In this document: one piece after another, positions 33,814-38,811 of the stretch
How the letters are laid out: every line of letters begins with the position of its first letter
Position numbering within the stretch: position 1 is the stretch's first letter
IMG/VR virus record: IMGVR_UViG_3300030294_000092
Reading direction: 5' to 3' (one strand)
Origin: a virus
Length of the DNA: 38,811 nucleotides
Made by a program: the position numbers and the translations under genes
The notes under the pieces: generated by a model
The model's input: the letters and a program-made list of their open reading frames with translations, nothing else
Database searches by the model: none
What the model was told of the DNA's origin: nothing

Positions 33814-33829
33814 TTGACGGGGGGCCGAT
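33814..33829 (+). promoter_or_regulatory. TTGACG-G5-CCGAT box (copy without an obvious downstream gene)
   Basis: TTGACGGGGGGCCGAT shares ACGGGGGGCCGAT with 34128-34140. No convincing -10 element follows (TACCCG). Confidence 0.3.
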
Positions 33830-34124
33830 CATCCCCTACCCGCGCGCGCCCACGCTCACCCGCGCAGTTTATAAGGCCTACGGGGTTTTGACCTCTCAAC
33901 ACCCCGGAATGTTTTGCCCATAAATCCTGACATTTTCAAACTTGCTACCAACCATTAAAGCAGTAACCCCCAACAGTTGATTGACCGATTGGAGGATGGT
34001 TGATGGCTGGCTAGGGATTTGACCTAGGGGGATTGGATGGGCTACTAGCCTAGGCAAGGAGGAACCCGCCTAACAGCGCTGGTGTGGCATTTTAGTCACG
34101 GTTTCGGACGGCAGGTGGGTAAAA

Positions 34125-34140
34125 TGAACGGGGGGCCGAT
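34125..34140 (+). promoter_or_regulatory. TGAACG-G5-CCGAT box, a candidate promoter for the + strand cassette
   Basis: TGAACGGGGGGCCGAT is followed 16 nt later by AAAAAT. It lies about 105 nt upstream of ATG 34245. Confidence 0.35.
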
Positions 34141-34244
34141 TATTTGAAAAATACTGTTTGCACTCCCCCAACGCTGGCCCTAGAGAGAGGTTGCTAGAGC
34201 GGTTAGCGGGGCGGTCTCCGCTAGGCTCTAGCGGAGGATTGACT

Positions 34245-34439
34245 ATGACCAAAATTAAGCTAACCCACCGTGGGGCAAACCATGAGATCAACCTCGCCCG
34301 GCTCCCCTTGGAAAGCCAAAAATACCTACTGGAGCAAGGTTTGCGGACCTACCTAGAGGATAGCCTCGCCGCTGGGGTCCCGGCGAACGCGGCTCTAGCC
34401 AAACTTCATATCTTGCCTGCCGCAAATAACCCGCGATAA
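34245..34439 (+). CDS. Hypothetical protein (64 aa), possibly a small DNA-binding/regulatory protein
   Basis: GGAGGA SD 7 nt upstream of the ATG. EINLARLPLESQKYLLEQGLRTYLEDSL is loosely RHH-like (weak evidence). Confidence 0.55.
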   Translation: MTKIKLTHRGANHEINLARLPLESQKYLLEQGLRTYLEDSLAAGVPANAALAKLHILPAANNPR

Positions 34440-34442
34440 CCC

Positions 34443-34474
34443 TAGAGGCTAGGCTCCAAACCCCCTAGCCTCTA
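34443..34474 (+). other. 11-bp perfect hairpin between the two cassette genes (no U-tract)
   Basis: tagaggctagg (34443-34453) pairs with cctagcctcta (34464-34474). Confidence 0.6.
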
Positions 34475-34518
34475 TAGATAGCGCGGATTGCTGTCAACCC
34501 GACAAAGGAATGACTACC

Positions 34519-35058
34519 ATGGCTAAAAAGTCCCTAATCGAAACAACCATTGCTGCTGATTTTTCGGCAATCACCCTCAAGGTTGAGGGGGCGGGTGCTA
34601 TCAATATCACTGTCGCCAATCTATCGGATGAATTGCGCGCTAGAGCATTGGCCCATGGGTTGGTGCAAAAAATCTCTGACGCCGCCGCGATTAAACGCGA
34701 TGACTTGACCGGCGACCCTCTCGCCGATGCAAAAACAAAATTCGCGGCAATGGAGGCAGTTGCCAACCGTCTAATTGACGGCGAGTGGGCCGCCCGCAAT
34801 GGTGACGGCACCGGGCCGGTTAGCGGGATTATCTACCTCGCATTTGAGCAATGGGCGCTCGCCAAGGCCACATCCGCCAAAAAGCCCCTACTCCCCGCTG
34901 CTATCCGCGCGGCCTATGCTGGGAAGGATCGTGCTGGGCAGCTCGCCCTCCGCAACGTCCCCGAAATCGCCGCGATCATTGAGGAGATCAAGGTCAAACG
35001 TGGCGCGGGGAAAACCGTGGGTTCGGGTGATGCTCTATTAGCAGATTTGGGCCTCTAA
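34519..35058 (+). CDS. Paralog of the 30120..30713 early protein (179 aa), unknown family
   Basis: ATG 34519 lies 9 nt after an AAGGA SD (ATG 34510 is too close to it). Conserved blocks are shared with the 30120 protein, and it ends in GDALLADLGL. Confidence 0.7.
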   Translation: MAKKSLIETTIAADFSAITLKVEGAGAINITVANLSDELRARALAHGLVQKISDAAAIKRDDLTGDPLADAKTKFAAMEAVANRLIDGEWAARNGDGTGPVSGIIYLAFEQWALAKATSAKKPLLPAAIRAAYAGKDRAGQLALRNVPEIAAIIEEIKVKRGAGKTVGSGDALLADLGL

Positions 35059-35070
35059 TCCACCCAACCT

Positions 35071-35101
35071 AGGGCAGGGTTATTCCTGCCCTCATTTTTA
35101 G
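35071..35101 (+). terminator. Rho-independent terminator
   Basis: agggcagg (35071-35078), loop gttatt, cctgccct (35085-35092), followed by cattttta. Confidence 0.7.
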
Positions 35102-35126
35102 ACCTATCCGGTGAGGCAATTATCCT

Positions 35127-35240
35127 ATGACCCATCCCCCCCGCCACCCACTCCTAATCGCATTGGGATGGCTAGCTCTCGCGGTTGTTCTGTCGGCAGG
35201 CGCTGTCTCACTAACCCTCCTACTCGCGGCCATGCCCTAA
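35127..35240 (+). CDS. Candidate micro-ORF: 37-aa single-pass membrane peptide MTHPPRHPLLIALGWLALAVVLSAGAVSLTLLLAAMP
   Basis: My own translation, ATG 35127 to TAA 35238-35240 (below the 60-aa cutoff of the ORF track). One uninterrupted hydrophobic helix follows a basic N-terminus. Weak SD (GAGG about 11 nt upstream). Bracketed by two terminators. Confidence 0.35.
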   Translation: MTHPPRHPLLIALGWLALAVVLSAGAVSLTLLLAAMP

Positions 35241-35277
35241 CCCCTCGGTTAGTCTGCTGCCCTAACTCAGCCCCCAA

Positions 35278-35309
35278 CCCGCTAGGCCTAACCGTCTAGC
35301 GGGTTTTTT
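35278..35309 (+). terminator. Rho-independent terminator
   Basis: cccgctag (35278-35285), a 10-nt loop, ctagcggg (35296-35303), followed by tttttt (35304-35309). Confidence 0.8.
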
Positions 35310-35760
35310 CGTGCCCATATCCGTTCTCATTTTGTCCGACGATTTGAGTAGGGTCTAGGGCGTTTGGCTATAGAGATAGCGGGATAGCCTCTAATCGCCC
35401 TCATGGCCCACCAATCCGAGGATTTGACCCTATCCCCCGGCCATGCCGCCATCACCTATCACCTCTCCCCCACCCCTCCATTATCAAACAGGGTAGGGGT
35501 CACAGGAGGGGTCTCCACCCATCTCCCAATGTGCCATGTAACATTCCGGCCCCCCTCCATCCTCGGGGATCCCATTGTGTTTTTCATCTCCCCGGTATCT
35601 CTCTTCTCGTAATTTTTTTTCTCTGAGCACAGAGGATACAAATGGGGGGATGGTGGGAGAGGTGGGCCGATCGGTGTGTCGGTTGCATACTACACCATCC
35701 CCCGTCTCTCCTCGCTATGTTATCAACGTCACCCCGTTTGCTACATGGTACTATGGCTAA

Positions 35761-36004
35761 CGGGTAGCCACCCCCCCGGCTACCCCTAGCCCGTCCTGGC
35801 CCATCCCCTGCCATCACGGCCCACCCTTCACTAGCCCCTCCATCGGCCCACCGGCCCCACCCTTGCGCCTGCCCTATCCCTCGCCAGCCACCGGCCCCCG
35901 CCAGCCACCATTCCCTCTCACCTCACCCCCCTCCCTTGCCCCTAGAAAACCAGTGGGGGTGGGTCTTCCCGGTTGGGGGTAGGGCTAAGGGGGGTGTTTA
36001 GGGG
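35761..36004 (+). repeat. Strand-asymmetric block: about 180 nt C-rich (with GGCCCACC and GCCAGCCACC repeats) switching to about 50 nt of G-runs with a G-quadruplex-type pattern
   Basis: My count for 35821-35880 is 35 C and 8 G. GCCAGCCACC at 35883-35892 and 35900-35909. GGCCCACC at 35818 and 35845 (also at 35405, and inverted at 35661). G-runs G5-N2-G3-N4-G6-N6-G4 at 35975-36004. Confidence 0.8.
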
Positions 36005-36146
36005 CATTACAGCTCTTCGTGCATGGCTACCTTTCAACCCTCCGTAATCCTCTCAGCTACTTCACTCCTAGTTCAAAGTCCTACCGGAGGAAAATCCCAA
36101 AGCCCCTGAAGAATCCGGAGGGTTGGAAGTTCAACTAGCCGGAGGG

Positions 36147-36176
36147 TTGACGGGGGGCCAAGAGGACTGCTCAAAT
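36147..36176 (+). promoter_or_regulatory. TTGACG-G5-CC box plus TCAAAT, a candidate promoter for the late arm
   Basis: TTGACGGGGGGCCA (36147-36160), with TCAAAT at 36171-36176 after an 18-nt spacer. A second TTGACG at 36183 is followed 17 nt later by TAAGTT. TerS starts at 36245. Confidence 0.4.
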
Positions 36177-36221
36177 CATTGCTTGACGGCCCGCCGGTCG
36201 AGGGCTAAGTTCCTCCCAACT

Positions 36222-36235
36222 CCCCTGCCATAAGG
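36222..36235 (+). promoter_or_regulatory. CCCCTGCCA-T-AAGG leader motif upstream of the putative TerS gene
   Basis: CCCCTGCCATAAGGA matches CCCCTGCCAAGGA at 3925 and 6822, with a one-nt insertion. Confidence 0.35.
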
Positions 36236-36244
36236 ACACCCTCC

Positions 36245-36838
36245 ATGATCGACTATGAGAAGATTGCGGATAGCATCGACTCCCCAGACCCCGCGCCCGT
36301 GGGCCCCTCGGCTTATGCCCCAAACCGCGATCCTGGCAAATACGTTGGAATCGCTTCAGCAAAGGGCTATGGCCAAGGCCCCGAAGATGGCTACAACGGC
36401 ACACCCCGCATCCAAAAGTGCCGTTACACCCATGAAGCCCTGATTGACGTAATCATCGCTGAGCCTTCCCTCAAGCAATATGAACTCGCAGCGCGGTTTG
36501 ATCGCTCGACTCAGTGGGTCACCGTCGTCATGGGGTCCGACGCCTTTCAAGCCGCTCTCGCTAAGCGCCGGGATGAACTCACTGACCCTTTTCTCATAGC
36601 CACGATTGAAGAGCGTTTTCGTGGCTTAGCACAGCAATCTCTCCAAGTCATCGCGGCAAACCTCGAAAAGACCCAAAACGCTGATATCGCCCTCAAGGCT
36701 CTCGATATTTCGGCTAAAGCTCTTGGTTTCGGCTCCCGTTCTGCTGGCCAAACCAACATCCAAAATAACTTCGTAGTAGAGTTGCCGGGAAAGATCACGG
36801 ATCAAACTACCTGGGCAAAAACCTACACTCAAGAGTGA
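36245..36838 (+). CDS. Putative terminase small subunit (197 aa)
   Basis: First gene of the late arm, upstream of terL. The HTH-like segment LKQYELAARFDRSTQWVTVVMGSDAF is followed by helical oligomerisation-like sequence. Call is by position and HTH only. Confidence 0.5.
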   Translation: MIDYEKIADSIDSPDPAPVGPSAYAPNRDPGKYVGIASAKGYGQGPEDGYNGTPRIQKCRYTHEALIDVIIAEPSLKQYELAARFDRSTQWVTVVMGSDAFQAALAKRRDELTDPFLIATIEERFRGLAQQSLQVIAANLEKTQNADIALKALDISAKALGFGSRSAGQTNIQNNFVVELPGKITDQTTWAKTYTQE

Positions 36839-36864
36839 TCTCAAGCTAACAAGGGTTTTGTTTT

Positions 36865-37758
36865 ATGTCCAGTCAAGCTTTCACCGGGCCTTCCACTGTC
36901 GGACTGATTGTATCCGATACAGACAGTAACGGGGTTGCCGGGGCTATCCCAGCCTCTACTCCTGATGCTGTTCTTGACAGTTACACTTCCATCGGCAACC
37001 TATCAGCACTTAATGTCACTTTGCAAGCTCCTACCCAAGGCTACATGGGCGGGTCGTTTCAGATCACCAGCATCGGCACCGGCAACACGGTGATGTTTGA
37101 GCATTCCAATGATGGGGTGACTTGGGCGTTTCTGCCTGCGACTGTTGCAGGCAATGCGACCAATGCGCCTACTGGCCCTACGGGTTATACAGCGGTTGGC
37201 CTTTATACGTTCATCTCTTCGGCGGCGCAGGTGCGGGCGCGTGTGTCGGTTTATGGCAGCGGGACGGTGAGCGTGACGCTGGTGCAAAAGCGGGTGGTGG
37301 CGCCGGTGGCTGGTATCTCGCTGGCATCGAGTTCGGCGGCGATTGGCGGCGTGGTTTTGACCGCAGGCACGGCGGCCATTGGCAATGTGAACATGGCAAC
37401 GGGCTATACGGACAGCACGGCGGCGCTGGGCGCGGCGGGAGTGTTTACCGGGACGGGCCGGGCGTTTAACTCGACCTTTGGCGCGCAATATGTGGCGTTT
37501 AATGCGCAGTCGCAGGCCGATCAGGCGGGCACGCTGTCTATCGAAGCCAGCTATGACACGGGGGCGAATTATTACCCGGTGGTGAGTGTGGCGGCTTCTG
37601 CGGTGGTAAATGCGGCGGGAGCGACCAGCTATGTGGCGCAGGCGCGCGTGCCGGTGATGGGCGCGTTTGGCGCGGCGACGCTTTATCGCGTGGTGTATAA
37701 GAATGGCGCAACGGCGCAGGGCGCTTTGCGGGTGGTGAGCAGCTTTACGGCAGGATAA
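36865..37758 (+). CDS. Hypothetical protein (297 aa) with two beta-rich G/A/T/S/V halves, inserted between the putative TerS and TerL
   Basis: ATG 36865. The stop lies 3 nt before the terL ATG. The halves ...SFQITSIGTGNTVMFEHSNDGVTWAFL...VRARVSVYGSGTVSVTLV and ...GTLSIEASYDTGANYYPVV...YRVVYKNGATAQGALRVV look like tandem beta-sandwich/jelly-roll units. Confidence 0.65.
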   Translation: MSSQAFTGPSTVGLIVSDTDSNGVAGAIPASTPDAVLDSYTSIGNLSALNVTLQAPTQGYMGGSFQITSIGTGNTVMFEHSNDGVTWAFLPATVAGNATNAPTGPTGYTAVGLYTFISSAAQVRARVSVYGSGTVSVTLVQKRVVAPVAGISLASSSAAIGGVVLTAGTAAIGNVNMATGYTDSTAALGAAGVFTGTGRAFNSTFGAQYVAFNAQSQADQAGTLSIEASYDTGANYYPVVSVAASAVVNAAGATSYVAQARVPVMGAFGAATLYRVVYKNGATAQGALRVVSSFTAG

Positions 37759-37761
37759 TTC

Positions 37762-38811
37762 ATGTCTCCTCCTACTACCCAAATTAGCATCTGGAAACCT
37801 CAGGAAGGCCCCCAGACAGCACTTCTCCAGTGCCCGATCTTCGAAGTCTTCTACGGTGGTGCCCGAGGTGGAGGGAAGACTGAATCTTCTATCGGGGACT
37901 GGCTTCAGCACGCTAACCTCTATGGTGAGAACGCCATCGGAATCTTTGTCCGTCGGAAGTTCAAGCAACTTGCTGAGGTCATTGCTCGAACGAAGCAACT
38001 TTTCCCAAAACTCGGAGCCAAATACAATGAACAAAAAGCCGAATGGCTCATGCCTGGAGGCGCTCGGCTTAAGTTCGTCTACCTTGAAAGGGATTCTGAT
38101 GCCGAAGAATACCAAGGCCACAACTACACCCGCGTCTATGTGGAAGAAGTTACTAACTTTCCCAGTCCTGGCCCTATTGACAAGCTCCGTGCTACTCTCC
38201 GCTCCGGCGCTGGTGTGCCTGTGGGTATGCGACTGACGGGCAACCCCGGAGGTCCAGGCCATAACTGGGTTAAAAAGCGCTACATCGACCCAGACCCCAG
38301 AGGCTTCAAAATAATAGAAGAAACCTGCGATGTGGAGATTGCCGATGAAATCCAAACAGTCAGCCTCTCGCGGGTCTTCATCCCGTCGAAGCTTGGCGAT
38401 AACATGCTCCTGCTTCGCAATGATCCTACTTACGTCCTGCGTCTCCGTCAATCTGGCTCCGAAGCTCTCGTCAAAGCTTGGCTCGAAGGAAACTGGGATA
38501 TTGTCGACGGAGCCTACTTCACTGAACTCGACGAGCACCTTCATGGCAGGGATGGAGATATCATCCGCTGGGCCCCGCCTGCAACTGTCCGCTTCCGTGC
38601 CTTTGACTGGGGTAGTGCAAAGCCTTTCTCGGTGGGTTGGTGGGCGATCGCGGACGGAACTTGGCCCAGAGACAATCCCCTCCCTTCAGGGGCAATCTTC
38701 CGCTATCGGGAATGGTACGGAGCGTCAGGGGTTAACAAAGGCCTCGGCTCCACAGCCGATGTTGTTGCCAAAGAAATCCTTAAGCAAGAAGCCGGTGAGC
38801 GTATTCGATAC
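37762..38811 (+). CDS. terL: Terminase large subunit, N-terminal ATPase part plus the start of the nuclease domain. Open at the window end; continues at nt 128.
   Basis: My translation: MSPPTTQISIWKPQEG...FYGGARGGGKTES (Walker A), RVYVEEVTNF (Walker B), LTGNPGGPGHNWVKKRY, FRAFDWGSAKPFSVGWW (nuclease Asp). There is no stop before 38811. It is missing from the ORF track because it lacks a stop. Confidence 0.92.
   Translation, partial: MSPPTTQISIWKPQEGPQTALLQCPIFEVFYGGARGGGKTESSIGDWLQHANLYGENAIGIFVRRKFKQLAEVIARTKQLFPKLGAKYNEQKAEWLMPGGARLKFVYLERDSDAEEYQGHNYTRVYVEEVTNFPSPGPIDKLRATLRSGAGVPVGMRLTGNPGGPGHNWVKKRYIDPDPRGFKIIEETCDVEIADEIQTVSLSRVFIPSKLGDNMLLLRNDPTYVLRLRQSGSEALVKAWLEGNWDIVDGAYFTELDEHLHGRDGDIIRWAPPATVRFRAFDWGSAKPFSVGWWAIADGTWPRDNPLPSGAIFRYREWYGASGVNKGLGSTADVVAKEILKQEAGERIRY
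38685..38811. repeat. Terminal overlap, second copy (identical to nt 1-127)
   Basis: Direct comparison. Confidence 0.95.

Noticed and set aside
33841-33850. (CG)4-5 run cgcgcgcgcc as a Z-DNA or regulatory element
   Set aside because: It is too short and is a single occurrence. I noted it only as part of the unusual control region.
35111-35299. 62-aa track ORF (GTG start) between the two + strand terminators
   Set aside because: Its translation is Pro/Arg/Cys-rich and featureless, and it reads through the second terminator stem. The alternative frame gives a clean 37-aa transmembrane peptide, which I report instead at low confidence.
35403-35817. ORFs 35403-35612 (+), 35459-35641 (-), 35575-35760 (+) and 35584-35817 (-) in the ORF-free region
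   Set aside because: Their Pro/Ser/Gly/Arg-rich translations are generated by the C-runs and G-runs. They overlap each other on both strands, none has an SD, and some use non-ATG starts. I treat the region as noncoding (repeats and structure) rather than as genes.
33683-36244. Possibility of a CRISPR mini-array, a tRNA or another known RNA gene in the repeat-rich control region
   Set aside because: The repeats are short (8-19 nt), of several unrelated families and not regularly spaced, so the region is not CRISPR-like. I found no cloverleaf with a GGTTCGAAT-type T-loop or a conserved D-loop. No Rfam-type family could be recognised by eye, so an unknown ncRNA remains possible.
37100-37760. 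Diversity-generating retroelement target (a variable repeat in the Ala/Gly-rich C-terminal half of the 297-aa protein)
   Set aside because: There is no reverse transcriptase anywhere in the genome. I could find no second template-repeat copy of this sequence.
37003-38544. 513-aa ORF on the - strand, the longest unassigned ORF in the track
   Set aside because: It is entirely antisense to terL and the 36865 gene. Its translation is Arg/His/Ala-rich low complexity, as expected from reading GC-rich codons backwards. It has no SD, and the sense-strand genes carry clear terminase motifs. It is a shadow ORF.
38644-38651. GCGATCGC (the HIP1 palindrome) as a hint of a cyanobacterial host
   Set aside because: I found only a single copy in 38.7 kb, whereas HIP1-rich genomes carry it roughly once per kb. 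It gives no basis for a host call.
1-38811. Temperate lifestyle / prophage features
   Set aside because: No integrase, excisionase, CI/Cro-type repressor pair, att-like flanking repeat or host genes were seen. The Arc-like RHH and ParB domain alone do not establish lysogeny or a plasmid-prophage state.

Overview
This window is a complete, circularly closed tailed-phage genome of about 38.68 kb. Nt 1-127 are repeated exactly at 38685-38811, and the large-terminase gene that runs off the 3' end resumes in frame at nt 128. I recognised no rRNA, tRNA, CRISPR array, integrase, transposase or reverse transcriptase. The + strand late arm runs: putative TerS (36245), an unknown 297-aa protein, TerL, portal, amidase endolysin, scaffold, major capsid, adaptor- and hub-like proteins, a GNAT, a Q/N-rich protein with a peptidase-S74 chaperone domain, two ejection-protein-like ORFs, a pectate-lyase-fold tailspike, and small membrane proteins ending at 17806. 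There is no tape measure, and the virion gene order resembles P22-like podoviruses. This arm converges at a hairpin terminator (17829-17875) with a - strand early/replication arm running from 33682 down to 17878. That arm holds many small unknown early ORFs, an Arc-like RHH, an SF1B helicase, a PD-(D/E)XK nuclease, a Sak4-like ATPase, a DUF669-like SSB, MazG, a ParB-domain DNA methyltransferase, a family-A DNA polymerase with a degenerate UDG-like N-terminal domain, and a DUF3987-like NTPase. Most genes use strong Shine-Dalgarno sites (AAGGA/GGAGG) and many are coupled by ATGA, TAATG or 8-nt overlaps. The most unusual part is the 2.6-kb gene-poor region (33683-36244) from which the two arms diverge. 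It contains a small + strand cassette: a 64-aa ORF, a 179-aa paralog of an early-arm gene, and a possible 37-aa membrane micro-ORF bracketed by two terminators. Next comes about 930 bp with no credible ORF, which carries a CTAG-dense island, recurrent TTGAC-G6/7-CC boxes, a strongly C-rich block that flips to a G-quadruplex-type G-rich block, iteron-like 8-10-mers and a long-range inverted repeat. This stretch may hold the origin, the packaging site or genome termini, or a noncoding RNA locus. All functional calls come from motifs read by eye and from synteny; no database search was possible.
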